Shown in pieces: positions 1 through 9,273 of a stretch of 64,000 bases of DNA (positions are counted from its first letter, which is position 1; every line of letters starts with the position of its first letter). This stretch comes from Lentisphaerota bacterium (lineage in GTDB: Bacteria > Verrucomicrobiota > Lentisphaeria > Victivallales > UBA1829), in the NCBI GenBank assembly GCA_015061915.1, contig SUVR01000001.1, positions 156,991 to 220,990 on the forward strand, in the 5' to 3' direction. A program made the translations under genes and the position numbers. A model generated the notes under the pieces. That model made no database searches. It was given only the letters and a program-made list of their open reading frames with translations, and had not been told where the DNA came from.

Positions 1-1
1 T

Positions 2-415
2 GATGCTGCTTTGCTGGAGATCGTGAAGGAAGACAGAACCGCCAACCCCTGGCTGTGGAGCGAAGATGCAGACGGCGATACCTACCGCTGGCTGGAACAG
101 CTGGGCACCTGGTCTCCCATCGTTCATCTGCAGCAGACGGACGGCAAAAGCTCGGCGCATCAGCCCTTCTCCGAAAAGTGCAATGCCACCGGGATCATCC
201 GCGGGGAGAAAGTGCTTCAGGCGATCAAGGCGGCATACGACAAACCGGTTGCCGCCGGTATGCCCGCTCCCTGCAAAAGCATCGTTCTGACGCTGGAAGT
301 TTTCGCCGGGACTGCCGATCTGACCTGCGATATTGAAAACAAAATCATTGATTCCGTCCGCTACTGGCGGCAGTTTATTCCGGAAGACGGCATGACACTG
401 GATCAGCTTGTATGA
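2..415 (+). CDS. Sugar phosphate isomerase/epimerase-like (xylose isomerase-like TIM barrel) protein, C-terminal fragment; 5' end lies outside the window
   Basis: The frame is open from base 2 to the stop at 413-415. The listed ORF start at 11 is only a TTG inside this frame. The family call rests on the IVHLQQTDG..SAHQPF segment, recognised from memory only. Confidence 0.4.
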   Translation, partial: DAALLEIVKEDRTANPWLWSEDADGDTYRWLEQLGTWSPIVHLQQTDGKSSAHQPFSEKCNATGIIRGEKVLQAIKAAYDKPVAAGMPAPCKSIVLTLEVFAGTADLTCDIENKIIDSVRYWRQFIPEDGMTLDQLV

Positions 416-514
416 ACAAAAAGTAATGTTTTTTCGTACACTGCGCCTTGAACTTTTGTTTTTTTGTGTCATTAGTAAAAGAGAAAAACGAAAAATAACT
501 ACAGGAGAAGATTT

Positions 515-958
515 ATGAAACTGTTTCGTATTGCGCTTGTTTGCGTGATGGCGTTTGCCTTCACTGCCGTTCTTTCCGCTGCACCCCAGAGAAAGTATGA
601 TAAAGCCAATCCGTTCAAAGGCGAATTGAACAAGATCGCCAAGGTGGAAGAAAAGATTGCAGAAGGTGAAACGAAAGATCTGACCGAAAAGAAGAAAAAG
701 AAACTGAAAGAAGATCTTGAAAAGGCCCAGGAAAAACTGACGAAAAAGAAAGATCAGCTTTCCGCCAAAACCGAAAAAGAAATCGCCAAGCTGGAAAAAG
801 ATCTGGAAAAGGTCGAAGGGAAAGAAGGTCAGGAAAAGAAAGTGGAAAAACTGACCAAGGAACTGGAAGCGAAACGCACCTTCCTGAAAAATCTCCCCAT
901 CTGGGCACAGGGCGAAACGCCGGATGAAGACGGACTCGGTGTCTCCGACGACGAATAA
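515..958 (+). CDS. Secreted Lys/Glu-rich coiled-coil protein (hypothetical)
   Basis: An AGGAGA Shine-Dalgarno lies about 7 nt upstream of the ATG. The N-terminus is a signal peptide (MKLFRIALVCVMAFAFTAVLSA-AP). The rest is a K/E-rich heptad-like sequence. A strong intrinsic terminator follows. Confidence 0.75.
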   Translation: MKLFRIALVCVMAFAFTAVLSAAPQRKYDKANPFKGELNKIAKVEEKIAEGETKDLTEKKKKKLKEDLEKAQEKLTKKKDQLSAKTEKEIAKLEKDLEKVEGKEGQEKKVEKLTKELEAKRTFLKNLPIWAQGETPDEDGLGVSDDE

Positions 959-982
959 GCAGCTCTCAGTTGTAATATTTTC

Positions 983-1025
983 AGACGGTCCGCACTCCGG
1001 CAGGAAGACGGACCGTCTTTTTTTG
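983..1025 (+). terminator. Rho-independent terminator of the 515..958 gene
   Basis: The stem pairs AGACGGTCCG (983-992) with CGGACCGTCT (1009-1018). A T-run through 1025 follows. Confidence 0.8.
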
Positions 1026-1043
1026 AAGTGAGGTAAAACAACG

Positions 1044-2630
1044 ATGAATTTAAAGTGGAATCCCGAACTGTTTACGATCCGGTTGAGTGCCGGGGACGGC
1101 GCGGCGGCACGGACTGAAAAGTCCGCGCACGGCTCCGGCGGTGCCGCTTCCGGCACCGCCCGTGAGCCGCAGACGCCGGGCGCGCAAGCGCAGACCGGCG
1201 TCCCGCCGCGCCGTCCCCTGACGTCCACCATTGCCGGTTCCTGGTATCCATCGGATCCGGGGAAATTGCGTGCGGAGCTGGAAAAATATCTTGCCTCGGC
1301 GGATGCGGAATCTGCCGGACGCACGGCGGGTGACGACTGTAATATTTTCATTGTTCCCCATGCCGGTTATGTTTACAGTGGTCCCTGTGCGGCGTTTGCG
1401 TACCGGCGGATGCGGAACCGTTCTTTCCGCCGGGTGCTTTTGCTGGCGCCGTCCCACCGGGTATGGCTGGACGATCAAGTTGTTCTGCCGGAATCGGATG
1501 CGGTATCCACGCCGCTTGGGGTAATTCCATTGGATCCGGGGCTTGGTACGGCGTTCCGGTCCAAAACATTTGTCAAGAATTCGGATCCGGTCCACCGGGA
1601 CGAACACAGTACGCAGATCCAGTATCCCTTCCTCCAGACGGTTCTCGGTGATGACTTCACGATCCTCCCGGTCATTGTGGGCAAACTTTCCTCATCGACT
1701 GCATCCAAGCTGGGGGATCTGCTGCTGTCGCTGATGACGCCGGAGACGCTGCTGATCGTCAGTTCCGACTTCACGCATTACGGCAGCCGTTTCGGTTATG
1801 CGCCGTTCCAGTCTGATTTTCAGGAGAATGTGCGTTTGGTGGATTTTGAAGCGTACCAGTACATCCAGAACCACGATCCGGCGGCGTTTCACCGTTTTAT
1901 CGAACGGAACCACTGCACGATCTGCGGTTCCGAGCCGATCCGTGCGGTGCTGGAGATGAAGACCCCGGTTTTTGAGACGACTCTCTTCCATTACTGCAAC
2001 TCTGCGTCCGCATCCGGCGACCGGGACTTTGTCTGTTACCTTGCCTGCGGGATCCGGGTCCCCACGGTCGATCCTGCGGTCCTGTCCGACAATGACAAAG
2101 CGCTGCTGCTGGATTTTGCCCGCCGAGCCATCCGGAAAAAACTGGAGACCGGCAGATCCCCGGCTCCTGATGCCTATAAAGAAGAAACATCCCCTGCCAT
2201 GCGCAAGGTGATGGGGGCATTTGTGACGCTCCACACAGCATCCGGCGCTTTGCGTGGCTGTATCGGCGAGATCGCACCGTACCGCCCGCTGTACGAAGCG
2301 GTGACTGCCCGTGCCTGCGATGCGGCGTTCCGGGATCCCCGTTTCTTCTCTTTGCGTGAGAGTGAGTTCGGGTCCATCCGGCTGGAGATTTCTGCTCTGA
2401 CGCCGCCGGAACCCATTGACGACTGGCGCAAGATCGAGATCGGCCGCCATGGTATGACCGTGACAAAGAACGGCAGATCGGCAGTCTTTCTCCCGCAGGT
2501 CGCACCGGAGCAGGGCTGGACGCTGGAACAGACTCTTTCCCAGCTCTGCCTGAAAGCCGGTCTGCGCCCGGATGATTTCCGGTCCGGCGCTACATTTACC
2601 ATTTTTGAAGCAATCGTATTTTCCGAATAA
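1044..2630 (+). CDS. Fusion of a MEMO1-family domain (AmmeMemoRadiSam system protein B-like) and an AMMECR1 domain (protein A-like)
   Basis: A GAGGT Shine-Dalgarno precedes the ATG. The N-terminal half has the Memo motifs IVPHAGYVYSGPCAAFAY, LLLAPSH, EHSTQIQYPFL and SSDFTHYG. The C-terminal half has the AMMECR1 motifs GAFVTLHT..GALRGCIGE, RDPRF and AVFLPQV. The first 60 or so residues are Ala/Gly/Pro-rich and low in complexity. Confidence 0.85.
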   Translation: MNLKWNPELFTIRLSAGDGAAARTEKSAHGSGGAASGTAREPQTPGAQAQTGVPPRRPLTSTIAGSWYPSDPGKLRAELEKYLASADAESAGRTAGDDCNIFIVPHAGYVYSGPCAAFAYRRMRNRSFRRVLLLAPSHRVWLDDQVVLPESDAVSTPLGVIPLDPGLGTAFRSKTFVKNSDPVHRDEHSTQIQYPFLQTVLGDDFTILPVIVGKLSSSTASKLGDLLLSLMTPETLLIVSSDFTHYGSRFGYAPFQSDFQENVRLVDFEAYQYIQNHDPAAFHRFIERNHCTICGSEPIRAVLEMKTPVFETTLFHYCNSASASGDRDFVCYLACGIRVPTVDPAVLSDNDKALLLDFARRAIRKKLETGRSPAPDAYKEETSPAMRKVMGAFVTLHTASGALRGCIGEIAPYRPLYEAVTARACDAAFRDPRFFSLRESEFGSIRLEISALTPPEPIDDWRKIEIGRHGMTVTKNGRSAVFLPQVAPEQGWTLEQTLSQLCLKAGLRPDDFRSGATFTIFEAIVFSE

Positions 2631-2646
2631 AGAAAGATTCTGACCG

Positions 2647-3816
2647 ATGACCAACTCCGCCCCTACCGGATTTACTGTCTGGCGTATCCACGAATGTAAC
2701 GCCAATTTCAAACGGACTTTTCTCGCAGACAAGCCCCGGCTTGTGTTCTGGCTTTGCGCCTTCCTGATGATCTTCTGGAACAAGACCGGCGAAAATTCCG
2801 TCCCTATGCTCCTTGCGGCGTGCGGCGCATTTCTGACGCTGGTCCTTACCGCAGCAACGGCAAACCGGATGTTCGGACGACCGGTGGAACTGCTTGCCTG
2901 CTGGATCCTGCTGCTTTTTCCACCCTTCCTGATGGCGGCACGGACTGGAGGGCTTGTTACGGCGGCGTTCGCTTTAACACTGCTGATTACCTGTGCCGGA
3001 TGTGCCGCAAAACGGTTTACACCCTTCGCCACCATCGCTTTCGGTGCGGTATCGGCGCTGATCCTGATGCTGACGACCCTGCCGGCGGCATTGATTCCGG
3101 TTGTCTCCTGCATCATTATGCGCGCGGGCAGAAAGACGGAAGAAAAGCCCATGCACTTCCTGCTTACAGCCGCCCTGTATCTCGCGGGTGCTGCTGCGGC
3201 ACTTGTTCTTGCGATCTGCTTCGGGAAGTATGCGCTTCTGCCGGTATATCTGATCCATACAGCGGATTCCCTTTCCGGCATCTTTCTGCTGGCGCTGATT
3301 CCCTGGTTCTGGTGCCTGATCCCGGCATTGAGCGCAGTCAATAAAGCGCTTGCGGCAGACCGCGCGGGCGACTGGAAATATCTGCGTCTGTGCAATATGC
3401 TGACCCTGGCAGTGCTTGCCGGGGTGGATGCCTTCGGGCTTCTGCCGTTTCTGCCGGTGATGGCGATTGCCGCTGCGTGGGCGTTTACGGGCGGCTTTGA
3501 GCGGTACGGCTGCCGGTGGGGGGCTTATCTGCTCCGCGGATTCGATCCGCTGATCACCTTTGCCATACCGGTCATCTGCTTTGTTTCGCCCTTCTGGTTT
3601 ATCCGTACCTTTGCCGACCGTGCGGGTGAAGCGACGCAGGAAATGATCAATCTGTTCTACTTCCGGCTGCCGGCAGCGGGGATCCTGATCCTGCTGCTTT
3701 CATTGATCATGCACCTTTCCCGCCGGAAGAAAGGACCGTTTTTTGCGACGGCTTATCCCGCTCTGGACCGTCTGATCCCCGCCGTTTACGGGGCACTTCT
3801 TGTGGTCATGCCGTAA
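2647..3816 (+). CDS. Polytopic integral membrane protein, possibly a GT-C/ArnT-like glycosyltransferase
   Basis: This 389-aa ORF is almost entirely hydrophobic helices. It starts 16 nt after the Memo-AMMECR1 gene. No catalytic motif was recognised, so the function is a guess. Confidence 0.6.
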   Translation: MTNSAPTGFTVWRIHECNANFKRTFLADKPRLVFWLCAFLMIFWNKTGENSVPMLLAACGAFLTLVLTAATANRMFGRPVELLACWILLLFPPFLMAARTGGLVTAAFALTLLITCAGCAAKRFTPFATIAFGAVSALILMLTTLPAALIPVVSCIIMRAGRKTEEKPMHFLLTAALYLAGAAAALVLAICFGKYALLPVYLIHTADSLSGIFLLALIPWFWCLIPALSAVNKALAADRAGDWKYLRLCNMLTLAVLAGVDAFGLLPFLPVMAIAAAWAFTGGFERYGCRWGAYLLRGFDPLITFAIPVICFVSPFWFIRTFADRAGEATQEMINLFYFRLPAAGILILLLSLIMHLSRRKKGPFFATAYPALDRLIPAVYGALLVVMP

Positions 3817-3854
3817 AAAAGTGGAAAAAAAGTGGAAAATTTTTATGATCGGAC

Positions 3855-3884
3855 TTGAAAAAAGGGGGGAGTGCGTGCTATATT
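3855..3884 (+). promoter_or_regulatory. Sigma-70-like promoter of rpsT
   Basis: TTGAAA (3855-3860), an 18-nt spacer, then TATATT (3879-3884). Just upstream is a direct repeat AAAAGTGGAAAA x2 with an 11-nt period (3817-3839). Confidence 0.5.
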
Positions 3885-3942
3885 AAATGTTCATGAATGA
3901 TGGATCACAAATTGAAGATAAAAACTTGAAAGGAAAGATTCA

Positions 3943-4215
3943 ATGCCGAAAACAGATGTGAGAATGTCTGCGGTGAAGACCCACCGCAAGGCTGAAGAAG
4001 CCCGTGTGAAAAACAAATCCCGCCGCAATGCCCTTGCTACCGGCGAAAAGAAATTCCGCGCCGCTGCTGCAACGGAAGACAAAGCTGCAGCTCAGAAGCT
4101 GTTCCAGGAACAGTGCAGCGCTCTTGACAAGGCTGTCAAGGTCGGCACCATCCACAAGAACAAAGCGAGCCGTAAGAAATCCCGTCTCGCCGCCGTTCTG
4201 AACGCTGCTGAATAA
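3943..4215 (+). CDS. rpsT: 30S ribosomal protein S20
   Basis: This is a 90-aa basic protein. The sequence KTHRKAEEARVKNKSRRNAL...KAVKVGTIHKNKASRKKSRL is typical of S20. Confidence 0.95.
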   Translation: MPKTDVRMSAVKTHRKAEEARVKNKSRRNALATGEKKFRAAAATEDKAAAQKLFQEQCSALDKAVKVGTIHKNKASRKKSRLAAVLNAAE

Positions 4216-4265
4216 CAGAACGGGGACATCCCCGTCTGGCAGATACCGGATTTACGGTCATCGGG

Positions 4266-4299
4266 CATACGCGATCATGCGTCGCGTATGTCTTTTTTT
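4266..4299 (+). terminator. Rho-independent terminator of rpsT
   Basis: The stem pairs CATACGCGA (4266-4274) with TCGCGTATG (4282-4290). A T-run follows at 4291-4299. Confidence 0.85.
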
Positions 4300-4320
4300 A
4301 AAAAAAGAGGGAATCGGGGC

Positions 4321-4349
4321 TTGCACTATGTGCAAAGTGGATGTAGAGT
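4321..4349 (+). promoter_or_regulatory. Candidate promoter of the nusA-infB operon
   Basis: TTGCAC (4321-4326), a 17-nt spacer, then TAGAGT (4344-4349). This would give a leader of about 150 nt before nusA. Confidence 0.45.
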
Positions 4350-4502
4350 AAGTCCGTTGGCAAGGTTCCGCGTTTCGCAGGATCCGGTATTGGACCGGGT
4401 TTTACGGGATGCGGGATTATGTTTTTCTGTAAGGGAAACTTTGCAGATCGAAATTTGGATAATCGGAAGAAGATAGAAAACACAACGCCGGAGGTAGAAA
4501 CT

Positions 4503-5723
4503 ATGAACAATGAACTGCTCGCAACACTGGAATACATTGAACAGGACCGTGGGATCAGCAAAGCACAGCTGATCGATGCAATCGAAAAAGCCCTGCTGAC
4601 TGCCGCACGCAAAAGCATTCACCCGGCAAGTGACCTGACCGTGAAGCTGAACCCGAAGACCGGCGATATCCGTGCCTGGGCAAAGCTGCGCGTGGTGGAC
4701 GCCTTTGCGAATAACGATGAAATTACGCTGGCAGAAGTCTCCGCCAAAATGCCGGATGCCCAGATCGGCGATATTATCGACTGGGAAGTGACGCCCCGGA
4801 ACTTCGGGCGTATCGCTGCTCAGACCGCCCGGCAGGCGATCCTCCAGCAGATCCGTAAGGCGGAAAAGGAAACCGTGCAGGAAGAATTCAAAGATCAGAT
4901 CGGTGAGATCATCAACGGCAATGTGCGCCGTATCGAAGCCGGCAATGTGATCGTGGACTTCCAGAAGGCGGAAGGGATCCTCTCCCCGAAAGACAAGATC
5001 CCCACGGAACAGTACGGCCCCGGCGACCGGATCAATGCCCTGCTGGTGAAGGTGGATATTGAAACCTCCGGTCCCAGCCTGATCCTCTCCCGTTCCAGCC
5101 AGGCGTTCCTGCGTAAACTCTTTGAACGGGAAGTTTCCGAAATCCATGATGGCGTGGTGGAGATCGTTGCCGTCGCCCGTGAAGCCGGCAGCCGCTCCAA
5201 AATCGCTGTCCGCAGCAATGACAGCCGGGTCGATCCCGTGGGTGCCTGCGTTGGTATGCGCGGTATGCGTGTCCGCAACATCACCAACGAACTGGGCGGC
5301 GAACGGGTGGACATCATCCACTACTCCGATGATGTGGAAGAATATGTGCGTAACGTGCTGCATCCGGCGAAACTGAACCGGATCGAGATCGACGAAGTGA
5401 AGAAACAGCTGACCGTGTATGTGGATGCGGAAAACTCCCGCCTCGCATTCGGCAGAAAAGCCCAGAACATCAAACTGGCACAGCGCCTGATGCAGTGGAG
5501 CATCAACCTGGTGACGGAAGATCCCGCTGCCGAGTTCAAGGCTCAGAAAGCCAATGCCGTCAGCGAACTGGCAGGTACGCTCTCCATTCCGGAAGAAGCC
5601 GCTGAAATTCTGGTCAACAAGGGGTATCTCACGGTGGAAGACCTGCGTGCGGATCAGGATAATCTGTCTGCGATCAGCGAACTGGATGCCGCAACGGTTC
5701 AGAGCATTATTAACGCCCTGTGA
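4503..5723 (+). CDS. nusA: Transcription termination/antitermination factor NusA
   Basis: The start was moved to the ATG at 4503, which has a GGAGG about 8 nt upstream. The protein begins MNNELLATLEYIEQDRGISK, as NusA does, and S1/KH-like regions follow. Confidence 0.93.
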   Translation: MNNELLATLEYIEQDRGISKAQLIDAIEKALLTAARKSIHPASDLTVKLNPKTGDIRAWAKLRVVDAFANNDEITLAEVSAKMPDAQIGDIIDWEVTPRNFGRIAAQTARQAILQQIRKAEKETVQEEFKDQIGEIINGNVRRIEAGNVIVDFQKAEGILSPKDKIPTEQYGPGDRINALLVKVDIETSGPSLILSRSSQAFLRKLFEREVSEIHDGVVEIVAVAREAGSRSKIAVRSNDSRVDPVGACVGMRGMRVRNITNELGGERVDIIHYSDDVEEYVRNVLHPAKLNRIEIDEVKKQLTVYVDAENSRLAFGRKAQNIKLAQRLMQWSINLVTEDPAAEFKAQKANAVSELAGTLSIPEEAAEILVNKGYLTVEDLRADQDNLSAISELDAATVQSIINAL

Positions 5724-5743
5724 GTATGATATGAGGTGACATT

Positions 5744-7903
5744 ATGGCAACAACACCCATTAAAGTAAAGGCGTTTGCCGATAAATACGGCTTGACGTCC
5801 AAAGAAGTCCTCAAGGAACTTGCGGCGCAGGGATATGACAATATCCGTACCGCATCCAACAATATGCCTATGGAGGACCTGCCGCTCATCGAGTCTTATT
5901 TTGATGAACTGATGGAAAAGCGGAACCCTCAGAGCGCACTGATCGAAGAAGTGGAGTCCCGTATGGAATCCCGTTCCGGCGGTCAGAACAAAAACAAAAA
6001 ACGCTCCGGTGAAGAACAGAATCAGGGCGGAAAACGCGATAAAAACTTCGGCAAGGGCGGTAAGTTCCCCCCGCGTGACAACAACGGCGGCAATGCAGAT
6101 ATCCCGGCAGGCGGCGAGATCCATATCAAGCCCCCTGTGGTGGTGAAAGCGCTGGCGGATGCCATGGGGAAACGCCCCAATGAAGTCATTTCCTCCCTCA
6201 TGATGATGAATGTGCTTGCCAGCATCAACCAGACCATCGATACGGAAGTCGCCCAGAAAGTGGCGGAAAAGATGGGCTTTACTCTGGTGGTGGACAGCAA
6301 GCGGGACAAAGACGAACACCAGAAGAAGGAAGAAACGGAAGAAGTCGATCCTGAAGATATGGAATACGATGATTCCCCGAAGGATCTGAAGCCCCGTCCT
6401 CCCATCGTGACCTTTATGGGGCACGTTGACCACGGCAAAACATCTTTGCAGGATGCGATCCGTAAGACTCATGTCGCCGCCGGTGAAGCGGGCGGGATCA
6501 CCCAGCATATCGGTGCTTCCTCCGTGGTGCTGGACGGCAGAGCGATCACGTTCGTTGACACACCCGGTCACGAAGCCTTCACTCAGATGCGTGCCCGTGG
6601 CGCAAATGTGACGGACATCGTGGTTCTGGTGGTGGCGGCGGACGACGGCTTTATGCCCCAGACCATTGAGGCGATGAATCACGCCCTCGCTGCTAAAGTT
6701 CCCATTGTCGTTGCCATGAACAAGTGTGACCTGCCGGATGCCGATACCCAGAAGATCCTGCTCCATATGCAGCAGAATAACCTGATGTCCGAAGACTGGG
6801 GCGGTACCGTGGCGGCGATCCCCGTTTCCGCCAAGACCGGCGCCGGGATTGATGACCTGCTGGAACGGATCCTGCTGGAAGCGGAAATGCTGGAACTGCA
6901 GGCAAATGCCAAGCGTCCCGGTCTGGCGTATGTGCTGGAATCCCAGTTGGAACAGGGGCTCGGTGCTACGGCAAGCGTGGTGGTGAAGAACGGCTCTCTC
7001 CGGGTGGGCGATCCCATTATCTGCGGCGAATATTACGGCAAAATCAAAACCCTGATCGACTTTCGCGGAAAACGGGTCGCCGTTGCACCTCCCAGCACCC
7101 CTGTCAAGGTGGTCGGTCTCTCCGGTGTGCCGGAAGCCGGTACCAGAATGGCGGTCTGCAAGAATATCAACGAAGCAAAACAGCTGGCGGAAGCCCGCAG
7201 CGATTCCAACCGCATTGAAGCGCTTTCCAGCAAAACTGCCGGCGCCAGTCTGGAAGATCTGTTCTCCCAGATGGACGACAGCAAGAAGAACAGCCTGAAA
7301 GTCATTGTAAAGTCGGACGTCCGCGGTTCCAGCGAAGCGATCGTGGAATCCCTGAAGAAGCTGCCTTCCGAAAAAATCTCGGTGGACGTGCTGCATACCG
7401 GTGTCGGTGCGATCACGGAAAACGACGTGCTGCTGGCAGCCTCCTCGGATGCGATCGTGGTCGGCTTCCACGTGCGTGTGAATCCCGGCGTGAACGATCT
7501 CGCCAAGAAGTCCAATGTGGAGATCCGCCTTTACAGTATCATCTACGAATTGATCGAAGATATTACAGACGCCCTCGCAGGTCGTCTGGAACCGGAAAAA
7601 CGCGAAAAAGATATCGGTACGGTCAAGATCCTCAAGATCTTCCAGCTTTCCAAGGGACCGAAAATTTGCGGTTGTATGGTGGAAAAAGGTGTTGCCCGCA
7701 CCGGTGCGAAAGCCCGTGTGTTCCGCAACAACGAACTCATCTTCAACGGTGAAGTGCGTTCCCTGCGCCGCTATCAGGACGATGTGAAAGAAGTGCATCA
7801 GGGTCTTGAGTGCGGGATCCGGCTGGACAACTTTATGGACTTCACGGAAGGTGACATTATCCAGCTCTACGAAATCGAGCTGAAAAAGGCAACCCTGACC
7901 TGA
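5744..7903 (+). CDS. infB: Translation initiation factor IF-2
   Basis: A GAGGTG Shine-Dalgarno precedes the start. GTPase motifs [15 protein letters not shown] and NKCD are present. The C-terminal domain is typical of IF-2. Confidence 0.97.
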   Translation: MATTPIKVKAFADKYGLTSKEVLKELAAQGYDNIRTASNNMPMEDLPLIESYFDELMEKRNPQSALIEEVESRMESRSGGQNKNKKRSGEEQNQGGKRDKNFGKGGKFPPRDNNGGNADIPAGGEIHIKPPVVVKALADAMGKRPNEVISSLMMMNVLASINQTIDTEVAQKVAEKMGFTLVVDSKRDKDEHQKKEETEEVDPEDMEYDDSPKDLKPRPPIVTFMGHVDHGKTSLQDAIRKTHVAAGEAGGITQHIGASSVVLDGRAITFVDTPGHEAFTQMRARGANVTDIVVLVVAADDGFMPQTIEAMNHALAAKVPIVVAMNKCDLPDADTQKILLHMQQNNLMSEDWGGTVAAIPVSAKTGAGIDDLLERILLEAEMLELQANAKRPGLAYVLESQLEQGLGATASVVVKNGSLRVGDPIICGEYYGKIKTLIDFRGKRVAVAPPSTPVKVVGLSGVPEAGTRMAVCKNINEAKQLAEARSDSNRIEALSSKTAGASLEDLFSQMDDSKKNSLKVIVKSDVRGSSEAIVESLKKLPSEKISVDVLHTGVGAITENDVLLAASSDAIVVGFHVRVNPGVNDLAKKSNVEIRLYSIIYELIEDITDALAGRLEPEKREKDIGTVKILKIFQLSKGPKICGCMVEKGVARTGAKARVFRNNELIFNGEVRSLRRYQDDVKEVHQGLECGIRLDNFMDFTEGDIIQLYEIELKKATLT

Positions 7904-7919
7904 TCCCGGAGGTGTCTCC

Positions 7920-8312
7920 ATGCGTAAGAATAACGAAGTTTCTGTTGACCGGATCACCCGTGTCAACGAGATCCTCAAGCGTGAGATCGCGGATCTGCTG
8001 CAGCGTCAATCCTTCAGCGAAAAATACAATGCCCTTGTCTCCGTGACCCGGGTGGAATGTTCCACTACGCTGAAACAGGCTGAAGTCTATGTAAGTATGT
8101 TCGGGATCGAAGCCGGCAGCGACCGGGAACAGGAAATCCTTGCTGCGCTGGCGCGTCTCAAGGGTGACATCCAGCGCAGAATGTCCAAACACGTGATCCT
8201 GAAATATACGCCGGTTCTGCATTTTCTTGCAGATCATAATCTGGCGGAGGGGGACCGTGTGATCCAGCTCCTCCGTGAACTGGAGGAAAATGAAGAAAAT
8301 GAAAGTATCTGA
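7920..8312 (+). CDS. rbfA: Ribosome-binding factor A
   Basis: A GGAGG Shine-Dalgarno precedes the start. The sequence RITRVNEILKREIADLL....VTRVECSTTLKQAEVYVS is typical of RbfA, and the gene sits in the expected place after infB. Confidence 0.92.
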   Translation: MRKNNEVSVDRITRVNEILKREIADLLQRQSFSEKYNALVSVTRVECSTTLKQAEVYVSMFGIEAGSDREQEILAALARLKGDIQRRMSKHVILKYTPVLHFLADHNLAEGDRVIQLLRELEENEENESI

Positions 8313-9273
8313 TTTTCAACCGATTCTGGAAAGGTTGCAGGGCAGGGTCCTGATCGTGACTCACGAGCGTCCCGATGGGGATGCGGTCGGATCCGCCACT
8401 GCCCTGTGGCATTTGTTGAACGGCAACGGATACGACGCGGATGTGCTGTTTCCGGATGAAGTGCCGGATGCGTATCTGTGTTTTCTGCCGGAAACGGCAC
8501 TGAAAACGGCTGATCTTTCCCGGTACGGCTCTGTGCTTTCCGTGGATGCCTCCACGCCGAAGCGGCTGGGGCTGGGCGGTTTGCAGCCGGAACAGATCAA
8601 ACTGCCGTTTGCAGCACTGGATCATCATCCGGATCATGTTGAGTTTGCTCAAGTTACTTATGTTGACTCCACGGCGTGTTCAGCGGCGGAAGTGGTGTAC
8701 GATCTGGCAAAGTTTGCCAACTGGGCGATCACGCCGGAGACTGCCACCCGGCTGCTGCTGGGCGTTGTGACCGATTCCGGCTGTTTCCGGTTCGACAATA
8801 CCACGCCCCGTGCGTTGCGGGTTTCTGCGGATCTGATCGAAGCCGGTGCGGATCGGCATTTTGTGATCGACCGGGCATATTTTTCCAAGCCGTTCAATAT
8901 GGCGCAGTTCGAGGCGGAACTGTTCTGCAAGTCTCTGCGGACTGCACTGGATGGCTCTTTTGCCTGGTTTATGATTACCAATGAGCTGCTGAAAAAATAT
9001 GATGTCAATATCCGGAATACGGAAAATCTGATCGAAAATGTGCGTGGGATCGAAGGCGTTACGGTGGCGGCGGTCATCAAGCCGACGGCGAATCCCGGTA
9101 TTTTCAAAGTATCGCTGCGCTCCAAAGATCCTGCCGTTTCGGTGGGCAAAGTCGCCCGCAGACTCAATGGCGGTGGTCATGAGATGGCGGCGGGCTGTAC
9201 GATCTTTGCCAAAAGTGCGGAAAACGCAGAAGATATTCTGCTCAACCATGTAGCAATGGAACTGAAAAAATGA
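8290..9273 (+). CDS. nrnA: DHH/DHHA1 phosphoesterase (NrnA-like oligoribonuclease/pAp phosphatase)
   Basis: Motifs HERPDGDAVGS, DHH and GGGHEMAAG are present. The start is ambiguous: GTG at 8275, ATG at 8290 or ATG at 8299, with a GGAGG at 8282-8286. The gene overlaps the 3' end of rbfA. Confidence 0.85.
   Translation: MKKMKVSDFQPILERLQGRVLIVTHERPDGDAVGSATALWHLLNGNGYDADVLFPDEVPDAYLCFLPETALKTADLSRYGSVLSVDASTPKRLGLGGLQPEQIKLPFAALDHHPDHVEFAQVTYVDSTACSAAEVVYDLAKFANWAITPETATRLLLGVVTDSGCFRFDNTTPRALRVSADLIEAGADRHFVIDRAYFSKPFNMAQFEAELFCKSLRTALDGSFAWFMITNELLKKYDVNIRNTENLIENVRGIEGVTVAAVIKPTANPGIFKVSLRSKDPAVSVGKVARRLNGGGHEMAAGCTIFAKSAENAEDILLNHVAMELKK

Noticed and set aside
1692-3395. A 567-aa minus-strand ORF
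   Set aside because: It lies antisense to the Memo-AMMECR1 gene and the following membrane protein gene. The translation is Arg/Ala/Ser/Gly-rich and low in complexity.
4419-4502. An N-terminal extension of nusA (ORF start at 4419)
   Set aside because: The extension has no Shine-Dalgarno sequence and is not NusA- or RimP-like. The ATG at 4503 has a GGAGG upstream and gives the canonical NusA N-terminus.
5699-7978. A 759-aa minus-strand ORF, the longest in the track
   Set aside because: It lies exactly opposite infB in the same codon phase and extends past both ends of infB into the neighbouring genes. Its composition is rich in Phe, Arg, Gly and His, with no recognisable motifs. infB on the plus strand is unambiguous.
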